Origin: Octopus sinensis
Taxonomy: Eukaryota
Direction of reading: 5' to 3'
DNA length: 51,430 nt
Assembly: GCF_006345805.1 (NCBI RefSeq)
Contig: NW_021834962.1
Location: 1 to 51,430, forward strand
The notes below the pieces were generated by a model that worked only from the letters and a program-made list of their open reading frames with translations, was not told where the DNA came from and did not search any database. This document shows, piece after piece, positions 11,401 through 23,762 of the stretch (the first letter of the stretch is position 1; each line of letters starts with the position of its first letter). Made by a program: the position numbers and the translations under genes.

Positions 11401-11571
11401 CCTACTGTGAAATATAAAAAAAATACCTTTGTTTTTTTTTATTTATCGTACTTCGATAAGAAAAAATCTACAACCTTCGTTTACGGTTTGCTTGAATCAT
11501 ACTTTCTTTCTACACATCGATCCTTGGATCTTACCCACACATATATACACACATACACACACACACACACG

Positions 11572-11631
<60 letters not shown>

Positions 11632-11772
11632 TTCATCACACACACACACGCACACATCACACTCTCATAGTAAGCACATATTTGCATATATCTATCTTAT
11701 ATATATATATATGTATATATATTTATATGCCTATATATATGTATGTTTTGTATGTATGTACATACATATATA

Positions 11773-11835
<63 letters not shown>

Positions 11836-11916
11836 TATGTGCAATTACAGACATATTTCGTTTTTGGACTCGGTTTGCAAGATTCTTTATGTGAGTTCGT
11901 GTGTTTAAGCAATAGA

Positions 11917-12168
11917 TATTGTGTCTGGAGGGTCATTCTCCTTTAGTGACTTATAATTTAACACACTCACCAGTAAAATTTCCACTCATTTCCTTCTTTA
12001 TTTTTCTAAAATTTTACCTCTTGTAACCCGTTCAATAATTTTATTGAAAAAGTTGCAAGACGCAACAAAAATTTTAGAAAAATAAAGAAGGAAATAAGTG
12101 GAAATTTTACCTGTGTGTGTGTTAAATTATAAGTCACTAAAAGAGAATGACTATCCCCAGACACAATA
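11917..12168. mobile_element. 252-bp palindromic (fold-back) element, MITE-like
   Basis: TATTGTGTCTGG..GTCATTCTC.TTTAGTGACTTATAATTTAACACAC..GTAAAATTTCCACT.ATTTCCTTCTTTATTTTTCTAAAATTTT pairs with its reverse complement; centre TTCAATAA-TT-TTATTGAA at 12031-12048. Confidence 0.85.
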
Positions 12169-12188
12169 GTATATAGACATTTACATAT

Positions 12189-12223
<35 letters not shown>

Positions 12224-12488
12224 ATAAATTAGAGAAATTCAATAATTCAATTGACAATCTAACAATTCATTACATAATAATATAATATACTATAAAATAT
12301 AATATAATATATTTAAAAAAAAACAAGTCAAACAATTTGTTTAGATTTATATAGATTACTTGTTTTATAAACAATTCGTATCTATGTATACAAGTCTTTT
12401 CAGGGCCTTGGTTCAAAACGACAGACGAAATTACATGTTGCGATTTTTTCCCCTGTCTTCCTTTTCCTTTGGACTTTCTTATATTTTC

Positions 12489-12525
12489 TGTTTCCGAAGA
12501 AGAGTTATGTTCGAAACGTAAAACA
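12489..12525 (+). ncRNA. Variant minimal hammerhead motif (family H3, CCGAAGA core)
   Basis: TGTTT-CCGAAGA-AGAGTTATGTTC-GAAA-CG-TA-AAACA: stem I 5 bp, palindromic ACGT stem III, U4C substitution. It lies in a repeat (about 12420-12560) also present on the minus strand at about 17895-18010. Confidence 0.5.
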
Positions 12526-12696
12526 ACCACTCTCTTCCTTCTCTTCTACACTTGCTACATCCTCACGTTGTTGTTTTTATCTGTTTTTTTTCTCCGTTTA
12601 TTTGTAGTTTACACTGTGTGTGTGAGCGTGTGTGCGTGCGTGCGTGTTTGTGTGTGTGTGTGTGTGTGCGTGTGTGTGTGGTGTGTGTGTGTGTAT

Positions 12697-13000
12697 ACAA
12701 CCACGAATGTTTCAGTTGGTACGATCAACGGAACTGCTTGCTCGCGAAATAAACGTGCAAGTGGCTGAGAACTCCACAGACACGCGTACCCTTGACGCAG
12801 TTCTGAGGGAGATTCAGCGTGACACAGAATTCGACAAGGTCAGCCTTTTGAAATACAGGTACAACTCACTTTTGCTAACTTAGTATACTGACAACGTGAA
12901 ATAAAGTGTTTTACTCAGGGACACATCACCCAGTTTGGTATCGAACTCACGCTCTTGAAATGCCCAATAGAACGTCATAACCACTAAGCCAAGCGCCTTC
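12697..13000 (-). mobile_element. SINE family C (tRNA-derived)
   Basis: Minus-strand head GAAGGCGCTTGGCTTAGTGGTTA..GTGAGTTCGATACC; body shared with 40847-41124 and 44157-44280. Confidence 0.8.
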
Positions 13001-13479
13001 GCTTATATAATATGTGTCTATGCGTTCGTGTGTGTATGTATGTGCGTGTATGTATGTATGTATGTATCTATGTAAATATGTGTGCCAGTGTATACGTAAA
13101 ATGTATGCTCACGTGTCCTATGCTTTTGTATGTATTCGAGTATATGTCGATTAAATAACTGTTTCCTTATGCATTGGTTTATAGCAGAGTTCCAAAATCA
13201 AAGCAATGCAAATGAATATGGAAAGTTACATTCAATTTGTCGTCCTTTGTAGTTCGTTTGTGTTTTTTTTTTGTGTCTGTGTTTGTTCTTGTGTGCAGGG
13301 TATGTTTGGAAGAAGACGACGTATTCGTCGCATTCCGGGACAACTTTTGACTGCGAGAATTGCTTCTATTCAATAATCGCTAATCAGGAATGATTTGATT
13401 TCTGCGCCATAGTATGTCTTCTTTGTCTTGTTATATGTATACATAACAATGTTTCAGACAGACTGATATAAGTATATGT

Positions 13480-13625
13480 GTGTGTGTAGTCGAAGCAAGG
13501 GCAGCTGAAGAAGGGGAATATTCCTTGTGTTGTATGTCTTGCGCTCTGTTCTTTCGTTGTTTGAAAGGGTCTGTTTCCATGTTTTTGTTTTTATGTTTTC
13601 GTTTCTCGTTGTGTCCTACGTTTAT
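13480..13625 (+). repeat. Interspersed repeat shared with 50985-51165
   Basis: CTGAAGAAGGGGAAT.TTCCTTGTGTT.T.TGTC..TTTATGTTTTCGTTTCTC.TTGTGT present at both loci. Confidence 0.6.
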
Positions 13626-13656
13626 ATGCATGTTTTTTTTATTATTTTGTTATTAT

Positions 13657-13698
<42 letters not shown>

Positions 13699-13830
13699 AT
13701 ATATATATAGATATATATACAGATATACTATATATATATATTGTATGTGAGTATGCGTAAATTATAAATATATACATATTACATATAAATATAAACATTA
13801 TATATATATATATATATAATCATTATCCTA

Positions 13831-13990
13831 GCATAGGAGTGGTGGGCTGTGTGGTACGTAGCTTGCTAACCAACCACATGGTTCCGGGATCAATCCCACT
13901 GCGTGGCACCATGGTCAAATGTCTTCTACTATAGCCTCAGGTCGACCAAAGACTTGTGAGTAGATTTGGTAGTGGAAACTGAAGCCCGTC

Positions 13991-14025
<35 letters not shown>

Positions 14026-14310
14026 TATATATATATATATATATATCTAATATATATTATATATATATATGCATGTGGGTGTGTGTGTGATCGCTCGCGC
14101 GTGTGTGTGTTTGTGTGTCTGTGTTTGTACCTCAATATCGCTTGACAACTGATGCTGGTGTGTTTACGTCCCCGTAACATAGAGGTTCGGCAACAGAGAT
14201 CCGATAGAATAAGTACTAGGCTTACAATGAATAAGTCCTCGGGTCGATTTGGTCGACTAAAGCGGTGCTCCAGCATGGCCACAGTCAAATGATTGAAACA
14301 AGAAAAAAGT
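13831..14310 (+). mobile_element. SINE family A, full length
   Basis: Head GGAGTGG..GCTGTGTGG, body, expanded internal (TA)n, tail GATTGAAACAAGAAAAAAG. Confidence 0.9.
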
Positions 14311-14999
14311 TAAAAAATTGTCATTATTATTATGATTATTTAAAACCGTTTGATTCGGTTCCGTCCCACTTGAAGTCTCGCAGGCTGCTAATGGAACGTA
14401 TATACACTCTAATATCAAGCAATTAGAATGAATGTTCAACACCCAACACCGCATTCACAGATAAATATTTGTGGGTAAACAAGGCAACCGATGGTCTTCT
14501 GTGGAGATAGTTTTCACAATTGTCTAAAGCTTACCACATTGCAATGTTAGTACACGTCTCATTTTAGATGATCCCAAACAGAGCTGTCTACTAACACACC
14601 CATGGGACACATGTTAACAATTGTGAAGATCTCATCATTTGAAACTATTGCATGCCTTCTCAACGAAGATAGAATGCATTGTATGTATGTGTGTGCATGA
14701 CTTTTACGTGCTTTAACACCCAGTGCTATGAGGAAGTTATCCACAAAGTGCTATAGGGGAGCGAACCGGTGAACAAGCAAAAGAACATTGAGTATGTGCG
14801 GTCGATAATTTGTACATTAGCGCTGCTTTTAATTCGTATTCGAATTTAATCATACGTATGCATCGTTGTCGAAAACCTGCAAATGGTTCTTGCTTTATTT
14901 ATATATAGTCATAGACTGGCGATTCAGTTTGTCTCCAGTTCAATTCAGGTACGTAATGTTGTTAACCTACCAAAAAAAATCCGGTGAAATATTGATATC

Positions 15000-15990
15000 C
15001 ATCTCTCCTGAATGGGACTACCAGGTGTTTTAACACTCAATACTGTGAGGGAGTCGTTCCCTAAGCGCTACACGCAACGAACCGGGAAAGAGGCAAAACA
15101 TACATCAATTGGGTTAGATAAGATATATGGTTTACAGATTGTGTCCGAAATTGGGCGTAAATTTTTCTCAACATTAGATAGACATTTCCCTCGGTCAAAT
15201 AGGTACTATAAAATTATAATTGACACTGTGTAAAATTGGCATACGTAATTTCACTCTATCTAGAGTATTATATGCAAAAACTAAATAATAAAAAAATTTA
15301 ATAAACTAAATCTGGAATATGGAAACGAAAGCACCGAAGGTGAGAATGAAGCATTTAGGTGAAAATGAATAAGCAAAAAAAATAATAAACAGTATAAGAA
15401 ACATAAAATAAATGAAGATAGCAATATTTCTTTAACAGAAGATTCAGACAGCGAGGTAGGCAGAAACGAAATAAGACCTGAAGCACAGATAGTAATCAGC
15501 GAAAATGTCGCCAGAAACATCAACAACACGCATTCGAACAGCACACTGAACTACAAAACTAAAGGTTAAAAAAAAGAGGACCACACAGGAGAAACTACTC
15601 CATAAGATGCAACTGTAGAGTTATGTATGATTGCAATTTCCAAAATAACTGCATGAGGTGGAATGTTATATATAATTGCGAAGTGCAATCACAAGCACAA
15701 AAATATGTGTACATCAGTGCAAAAGCCGCCAGAGAAACCGCACCACATCTTTTTCCGATTAAAGGAAGAGTCGCTACATTTCTTTAACGAGTCTGATCTG
15801 GAATTTAAAGCGAGGTGGAAAGAAGTTTGTATCAAAATAGTTTATACTGATAAGTGCTAAACCATACGGTGGACTATCCTGTGTCTGAAACTTGTGCTTA
15901 GAAGAGGCACTAGAAATTATCCTTTCTAAAGAGCAAATGGCTAATAGGCACTTGTAAATCATCTTAACATGCAACCATAAAATTATTAAT
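15000..15990 (+). mobile_element. Decayed Penelope-like element: RT thumb/linker plus GIY-YIG endonuclease (Naiad-like by motif pattern)
   Basis: IGRKFFSTLDRHFPRSNRYYK (15150 onward); RCNCRVMYDCNFQNNCMRWNVIYNCEV..KYVYISA (15605 onward); SLIWNLK..ISAKPYGGLSCV*NLCLEEALEII..TCNHK (to about 15985). Multiple stops and frameshifts. The clade call is inference. Confidence 0.75.
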
Positions 15991-17246
15991 TCTTTCCTGG
16001 TATTTGGAAAAAATATACTTAAAAATCCTGGAGAGAACCCGGAACAATTACGTGGACGAGCTTCTGAACCTGTGCATACGACAGGTATCTATAATACGAA
16101 ATAATGCTATTGAAAATTTGTATGTATGGACATCTTATATTGTAGCTATCAGGCATACTGATGTAACTGTATGTATACTAATGAGAGTTTAATATGTTAT
16201 TTCACTGAAATATACTTTAGATAAGAATATTCTTTTGCAAAAGAATATAAACAACTAACGTGAAATTGTACACAAAGAAACGCTTTATGTACGTTGAAAA
16301 AATTGTAATCTTCTTCTATATCTATATGAATGTATGCATATTGATGTAATTTCAAAGTATTAATTCACTAAACAATAGTTTAAACAAACTACGTAAGTTT
16401 ATATAAAATAACGCTATATAAAAAAGCGCAAATTCTAACTCATGTCTGAACACTATAAACTATTTAACGAATGTAAATTAATATATTAATCAACCTGAAG
16501 ATGGCTACCCTATGAATACACAATTGAAGAAGACAATTGTGGATAAATATAATACCCAAATTAATTGGATAATGTTTTCTGGATAAGCGATAGTAATTGC
16601 AAATTAAAAATTAGAACTTTGTCTAGTGACTTTAGAATCGTAATGTATACATAGGGTGTATACAAAAACTAGAATCATGAAGTGAATTAGGAACATTTTA
16701 AAGACCACAAAGGTACATCCGATCAACAACACTGATCCAAATACATATACAAGAAATGCGTACAAGGAAAAGAGTTAGAGTACTTGAAAATAACAGAGGC
16801 GAATTAGAAAGAATAACACAACCAGAGAACTATTGATAGATTAGAAACAAGGACAATGAGCAAGCAATACAGTCCTTTAGGAAAGTCATAAATCGCAGCC
16901 CAGCAGGTACTAATTGATGGATACTTATATAACTTACAATGTGAACAAAAACCTCTAATATTTATGGAAAGCATTTAAGTTAACATTGTAAAGAATATAT
17001 ATCCCTTCCTATCAAACTAATGATAAATGATCTCAGGCGAGGCGGCAAAGTAGAAATCAAGATAGAAGATAGATCATCATAATCTCAAGTCTTAAATTTA
17101 ATTTAAAATGTTGTGCCGTCTAAAGGAAGAGAAGGTATAAGAAGTAATACACTTTGGCTGATCACACCGCATTTAATCGACAACTCAGCACCGTCCATTT
17201 GCCGCTGGGGGGGGGCGTTTTGCTCGTATATATATATATAATACAA

Positions 17247-17335
17247 AAATGGGACAAGAACGCAAAACATCCAAGCAGACGATACAAGGAAAACACGCAC
17301 GGATCATTCGGAGCTTCCTATCCTCAGGGAGTTCT
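17247..17335 (+). repeat. Interspersed repeat shared with 43105-43260
   Basis: GGACAAGAACGCAAAA.ATC..GACGATACAA..AAA..G.ACGG.TCATTCG.AG at both loci, each following a (TA)n run. Confidence 0.6.
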
Positions 17336-17740
17336 AAGTTTTTCAGGGATGTGTTATTACTTCTTAACTTTTATTCTTTTCAGATCTATTCTGACCCGGG
17401 TAGTGTACCAGATAGGGGTTAACTAGTATGTGAAAGTGAAAGAAAACTATTTCTCGTTAGAACTTCTTTCGAGAAGGTAAAAGCGTATAAAAAGAAAAAC
17501 GCAGTTGGTTTCTGGTCGTCTCGAACTATGTTGTGCCAATCGTTTTTATTACTGATTGCGCTGAAAAGGTGATCAGTGCGGTGCATTTTTTCTTACCCAC
17601 TGAAAATAAATTCATTCGCACGAAATTCATGGACTCTCAGAACGTTTGCATAGACTTACTGAGTTTGGCAAGTTGTCTTACTCTTACGAATTTACTGCTA
17701 CCACATACATACATAGATACATACATGAATATTATGTATG

Positions 17741-17816
<76 letters not shown>

Positions 17817-17917
17817 ATATATATATATAAATGATATATATATAAACAAGCAAACTTAACTTGGGGACGTAGCACAAGTAATGTATTAGTATGTTCCTCA
17901 GAGAAAGAAGAGAGTAG

Positions 17918-17955
17918 TTGTTTTATGTTTCGAGCCTAGATCTTCTTCGGAAAGA
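17918..17955 (-). ncRNA. Degenerate hammerhead-like motif (family H3)
   Basis: Minus strand CTTT-CCGAAGA-AGATCTAGGCTC-GAAA-CA-TA-AAAC; stems I and III are damaged relative to the 12489 copy. Confidence 0.35.
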
Positions 17956-18441
17956 GGAAAAACAAGAAAGTCCAAAGCGAAAGAAGGAGGGAAAAATCAC
18001 CAGCAGTTCACATGGACACATACATTATACAAACACATACACACACACGCACACGCATACATAGTCGCTCACACATATGTAATCGCATACGCGTGTGTGC
18101 AAACGAACACACTGATGACACTCGTTCGCACACACGCAGTCTAATCTTTGGTGTTTATGACAAAAATCCCTTGAATATTCCGATCTTATTAAACCTCATC
18201 AACAAAGCGTAGTCAAACTGTAAACGCTACAACTCGGAATGATTAAAGAACATAAAGTTTCCGTGAACGAACATTTGAGTAGCGTGGTATCTTAATAACA
18301 TTACAGGGCGAACTACCTAGGGACGTCTGCTGTATGTATCATTAACAGTAAGGTAGGTGCTAAGAAATTTAGTGTGAAGAAATCCGATAAAAATTTCTGC
18401 AGGTTTCTGCAGTACGCTTAAAGAAAAATCTTATAGTAGAT

Positions 18442-18442
18442 A

Positions 18443-18490
<48 letters not shown>

Positions 18491-18555
18491 ATGATGATGA
18501 TGATGACGACGACGACGACGACGACGACGACGATGGCGGTGATGATGATGATGAG
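18442..18555. repeat. (GAT)n(GAC)n compound microsatellite
   Basis: Direct inspection. Confidence 0.95.
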
Positions 18556-18787
18556 GAATATGATGATTTAATGACAGCGAATGAAAATAAAGAATTTGAG
18601 AGAAGACTTACTAATTTAATTAAATCTAAATGAACGAAAGTTATTCGTCGTTTCAATCATCGTGTGCAATCGCATGAGACTCACACAGACGCTGAAATGA
18701 TGAAGATACCGAAGACCGCATCGAAATGATTAATATTTCTACACACATACATGCACGCTCACACAAATACACCCACACGCACCCACA

Positions 18788-18830
<43 letters not shown>

Positions 18831-18927
18831 AGTGTTAACCATGTTATGAAGTATGACAATCTCAGCTGTGAGATTCCTAATATGTGGTGCACAAAGAAGA
18901 TAGCTATTACACTGAGTCGCAGTTGTA

Positions 18928-19090
18928 TACTCTTTTACTCTTTTACTCTTTAATTGTTTCGGTCTTTTGACTGTGGCCATTCTATCGGTCTCTTTTACAG
19001 AACTGCTAAGTTACGGGGACGTAAACACACCAGCATCAGTTGTCAAGCGATGTTGGCGGGGACAAACACAAACACACAAACGTACACACA

Positions 19091-19121
<31 letters not shown>

Positions 19122-19130
19122 CACACACAT

Positions 19131-19162
<32 letters not shown>

Positions 19163-19330
19163 TATATATATACATATATATAAACATATATACGACGGGC
19201 TTCTTTCATTTTTTCGTCTATCAAATCCACTCACAAGGCTTTAGTCTGCCCGAGGCTATAGTAGAAGACACTTACCGAAAGCGCCACGCAGTGGGACTGA
19301 ACCCCGAACCATGTGGTTCGTAAGCAAGCT
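18928..19330 (-). mobile_element. SINE family A with internal deletion
   Basis: Tail CTCTTTTACTCTTTTAC; deletion joining GGCCAT to TCTATCGGTC; CORE-like and tRNA parts present. Confidence 0.85.
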
Positions 19331-19336
19331 GCTCAA

Positions 19337-20160
19337 CAGATAGCAGCACACAGTCGCGTGTGCAGTGTTAACTAGCAGTGACTTTTATGAGACATCACCG
19401 TGTTTACTTCGCACGGTGTGAAATTTGTGTTTTTGTGATGACCTCTATGCTATAGTCTGCGATTTGGTCATGGACAGGAACAAAGAGCCAACGTGAAATC
19501 TTGCGTCATACTCGGAAAGTCTGCTACAGAGACATTGAGCATGTTTCGGCAAGCTTACGGCGACAAGGCAATGGGTGGTACGTAATATTTTAAGTAGCAT
19601 GGGCGCTTCAAAAGCGGGAGAAGGTCTCTGGAAAGCGATCTGGAAGACTTGCCAGGAGAGTCAATCTTAGAAATGTGGTATTGCGCATCGATAATTCGAC
19701 CCCAGGGCCAGAGAGTCATTTGAGAGTTCCACTGCGAAGTTTAGAAGCGTATGAGGGAGGACATTCGGCGAAAGTAACCGGATCAGTGGAGCGCTAAGAA
19801 TTGGACTCTTCACGACGACAATGTACTCTGTCACCGAGTTTCTCGCCAAAAATAATATGGTATCCCTTCTGCACCCGCTCCATTCGCCAGATTTAGCACC
19901 TGCTAAATCTTTCTCCAATGATGAAAATGTAGTTTAACAGTCGTCGTGTTTATGCCGTTATCGAGATCCAGATCCAGATCGAATCGCAGTAGGTCTTCGG
20001 CTCGCTTACGGAAAACGACTTCTAGGCCAGATTCCAAAATTGGAAACAGTGTATAGCTGCGCAGAGTGGCTATTTCGAAGATGATGTTAAAACTTAGGTG
20101 AAGAAGTTGTTATTTTTTTATTAAACATAATTAGTCCGGGAACCTTTCGATACCACCTCA
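19337..20160 (+). mobile_element. Decayed, internally deleted mariner element
   Basis: N-terminus EQRANVKSCVILGKSATETLSMFRQAYGDKAMG..HGRFKSGR (about 19478 onward); SVTEFLAKNNMVSLLHPLHSPDLAPA (YSPDLAP motif); C-terminal CIAAQSGYFEDD; right TIR-like GTCCGGGAACCTTTCGATACCACCTCA followed by TA. Left TIR not found. Confidence 0.85.
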
Positions 20161-20288
20161 TATCTGTAAATGTTGGTCATTAGGTTAAAAAAGAGAATGC
20201 ATTAATTTACTGGAATGTATGTCGTACTTTTTATGCTTGATTTTAAATGTAAAAACGAGGACTTATTCTCAGAGTAAAGCTAACATTA

Positions 20289-20865
20289 TTGGGTTTTCCG
20301 GAAAGTTCGTGCCAATATTTAAAGGAAAGAAAAAGGTCAATAAATACTTGCCATTACATTTTTAATCAACCAAATATGAACCATTTTGTTGCACAATGTG
20401 TCTCCATCTTTCCTTTAACTCGAAAATACCCTCTTCCCAGAAGTGAGGTGGTTTCATAGCAAAGAATTCATCAAGGTATCTTTTTACGTCATCCAAGTAA
20501 TTGAAATTTTTACCATTAAGACTATTCTGCAGAGACCTGAATAAGTGGAAATCCGAAGGAGCAATATCTGGTGAATATGGAGGGTGAGGTATCACATCCC
20601 AGGTCGATCCCAGCTGAGTTGGGATGTATTTTGTCTGGTTCCCAAAGCATCAAGTGCCAAAAATGAACTTTCTTATCTTCCATTTTAAAGGGTTACAGAA
20701 TTAACGCAGGTTATAGGAACATAAACCTTTTTCCATGAAAAGATCGCTTAAACTGTGCTCTAAATGGAGATGTAGTCAAATCCTATTTTATGGACTCAAC
20801 CATGTCCTAAAATAAATGGAAAGCTAAGCTACAATAAATCGGAACGAACTTTGCAGACAACCCAA
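20289..20865 (-). mobile_element. 577-bp internally deleted mariner (mellifera-like), both TIRs and TA TSD
   Basis: TIRs TTGGGTTTTCCGGAAAGTTCGTGCC / GGAACGAACTTTGCAGACAACCCAA with flanking TA; ORF 20362-20595 PHPPYSPDIAPSDFHLFRSLQNSLNGKNF is the transposase C-terminus. Confidence 0.9.
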
Positions 20866-20943
20866 TATGAAGGAAAAAAATTGCACCAAGATTTAACATT
20901 AAATTAGGTAGGGTAGCTTATACACAAGTATAAATACGCAATG

Positions 20944-21004
<61 letters not shown>

Positions 21005-21247
21005 ATGTGTGAATAGATATGAGTAGTTACAAACACATATAAGTGTGTGTGTGTATAAATAAATCTATAAATATATATATGCTGTATTTACTTGCATATT
21101 AATCACACTCTCTTATGCATGACTTTTAACTGAAAAACCTGGTTTCGATTTATACACGAAAAATCTGGTTGCGAATTATACACGAAGTCCAAATTTTCAA
21201 TGTTAATATCAGAACCAACACATGTATAATAATGAAAATAATTATCA

Positions 21248-21490
21248 TTATTATACCTGCATATCATGGCGGTGAGCTAACAGAATCGTTAGCACGCCAG
21301 GCGATATGCTTAGCAACATTTCGTCTGACTTTACGTTCTGAGTTCAAATTCCACCGAGGTCGATTTTGTTTTTCATCCTTTCGGCTCGAAAAAATAAGTA
21401 CCCACTGAAAACTGGAGTCGATGTAATCGACTAGCCTCCACCCACCCACCCACAAAAATTTGACGACTTATTCCAAAATTTCAAACCATT
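21248..21490 (+). mobile_element. SINE-B monomer with (ATT)n tail
   Basis: Head GGCGGTGAGCTAACAG, B core, tail TTTCAAACCATTATT. Confidence 0.85.
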
Positions 21491-21510
21491 ATTATTGGTG
21501 GTGGTATTAC

Positions 21511-21559
<49 letters not shown>

Positions 21560-21850
21560 GTAACTCATTCTGAAATTTAATTTTGTTTCATCTTTCTGTT
21601 CCAACATTAAGTGTGCAATTTGCCACTTAACACTACAATTTCAGACAGCGTGTCTGTAAAAACAGAAAATCTACTTTGAAAGTAACCAGTAATTTATAAT
21701 ATATTAAAAAAAATAGACAAGAGAATTGATGCCAGTTAAATGTTGCGTATACTAGAATTATACAAACTGTCGATAGTTATATTGACAGTTCTAGCAATAA
21801 TTCTACTGTACCCTTTTTTAAATTTCTTTTATTATTATTATTATTATCAT

Positions 21851-22295
21851 TCAGTAGTTTCATTTTTATAGCGTGCTTTCACTTCACTACCGAGCGCAGC
21901 TCTGTGTGCCTTAGGTATGTGCTGTGATTTGTTGTGATGCTCTGATGGTTATTGTATGGAAAGTGTTCTGCGTATGATGTGTGCAGTGCCTAGTAGTGCA
22001 ATTTTCTGTATGTTATATGTGTTTGTAAGTCCTGGTGTTTTTGTTATGTATTTGTCTGAATATTTTTTTATCATGCCTAATGCACCTACTATGAATTGTT
22101 TCTGTTTTCAGATTCCACATTCTAGTTACCTCTATTTCCAGGTCTTTGTATTTTGAAAGCTTCTCCATTTCTTTTAGAGACACGTTGTCATCTGCCGGTA
22201 TTGATACATCAATTAGAAAGCATTTTTTTCTTCATGATCTCTGACAACTATATCTGGTCGGTTGGCCTTAATTTCTCTATCTGTGTGTATCGGCA

Positions 22296-22296
<1 letters not shown>
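21851..22296 (-). mobile_element. 5'-truncated R4/Dong-like non-LTR retrotransposon (RLE endonuclease and 3' UTR) in (TAA)n
   Basis: PIHTDREIKANRPDIVVRDHEEK..LIDVSIPADDNVSLKEMEKLSKYKDLEIEVTRMWNLKTET..VGALGMIKK..QKIALLGTAHIIRRTLSIQ (with frameshifts); (TAA)n on both sides. Confidence 0.85.
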
Positions 22297-22363
<67 letters not shown>

Positions 22364-22504
22364 TTAAGGTGGTTAGCTGGCAGAATCGTTAGCACGTTGG
22401 ACGAAATGCTTAGCGGTATTCCGCCTGTCGCTACGTTCCGAGTTCAAATTCCGAGTTCAACTAGCCCCCTCCCCATAAATTTCAGGCCATGTGCCTATAG
22501 TACA

Positions 22505-22553
<49 letters not shown>

Positions 22554-22662
22554 ATTATTATCATCATTATCATTAATATTATTATTATTATTATTATCAT
22601 TATTATTATTATTATTAATATTATTATCATCATTATCATTAATATTATTATTATAATTATTA

Positions 22663-22707
<45 letters not shown>
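22296..22707. repeat. (ATT)n tracts with an embedded deleted SINE-B (22366-22510) and a duplicated ~57-bp higher-order unit
   Basis: AATATTATTATCATCATTATCATTAATATTATTA occurs twice within 22551-22660. Confidence 0.85.
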
Positions 22708-23110
22708 GGGTGGCGAACTGGCAGAATCGATAGCACGCCGGGCGAAATGCTTAGCAGTATTTCGTCTGTCTTTACGTTCTGAGTTTAAATTCCGGCGATG
22801 TCGACTTTGCATTTCATCCCTTCGGGATCGATAAATTCAGTACCAGTTACGCTACGCACTGGGGTCGATGTAATCGACTTAATCCGTTTGTCTGTCCTTG
22901 CTTGTCCCTTCTGTGTTTAGTCCCTTGTGGGTAGTAAAGAAATAGGTATTTCGTCCGTCGTTACGCTCTGAGTTCAAATTCCGCCGATATTGACTTTGCT
23001 TTTCATTCTTTCGGGGTCGATAGATTAAGTACCAGTTGAACACTGGAGGTCGATGTAGTCGACATGTCCCCTCTATTAATATGACTGTCCTCGTGGCAAA
23101 ATTTGAAATC
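22707..23110 (+). mobile_element. SINE-B dimer
   Basis: Junction AAAGAAATAG/GTATTTCG at 22945/22946; tail TTTGAAATCATTATT. Confidence 0.9.
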
Positions 23111-23180
23111 ATTATTATTATTGTTGTTGTTATTGCTGCTGCTGCAATTGCTGCTACCACTGCTGTTGCTTCCTTTGCTG

Positions 23181-23297
<117 letters not shown>

Positions 23298-23762
23298 TGT
23301 ATGTAGAGAGAGAGAGAGAGAGAGAGAGTGCTAGAATATTGAGATGCGTGTTACATTACTATAAACGAATCAAACGTATGTCTACATCAGCAGTATATAT
23401 GTATATATATTATATATATATATATATATCTTTGTCCTTCTGTTTGTTTGTTAATGTGGTTGTCTCAATGTCTCTAGGTCTATGTCTATTTTCTCATGTA
23501 TATATGTATGTGTAGGTGCATATATACGTATGTGTGTGTGTATGTGTTTGATATTTTACCATATTTTTATAATATATTCATTGAAGAAATATCTCTTCAA
23601 AATTTAATATATTAAACCGATGTATCTTGGATAAATAACCCTATAAGAGTTTTCAATATCCTCATTGTGACTATATATACGTATATATAAATATAAATAT
23701 AAGTATATATATATATCAGAACAGAGATGAGAATAATTTCGGTTATATCCACGAGGTCAGTT

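Noticed and set aside
13503-13530. CTGAAGA-AGGGGAATATTCCTT as a hammerhead (also about 51023)
   Set aside because: It has a stem-II-like hairpin but no following GAAA core.
16490-16530. CTGAAGATGGCTACCC..GAATAC as a hammerhead
   Set aside because: GAAA is absent and stems I and III are not convincingly formed.
17565-17610. DQCGAFF-like string suggesting a C2H2 zinc finger
   Set aside because: The first Cys and the His pair are not in frame, and a stop follows.
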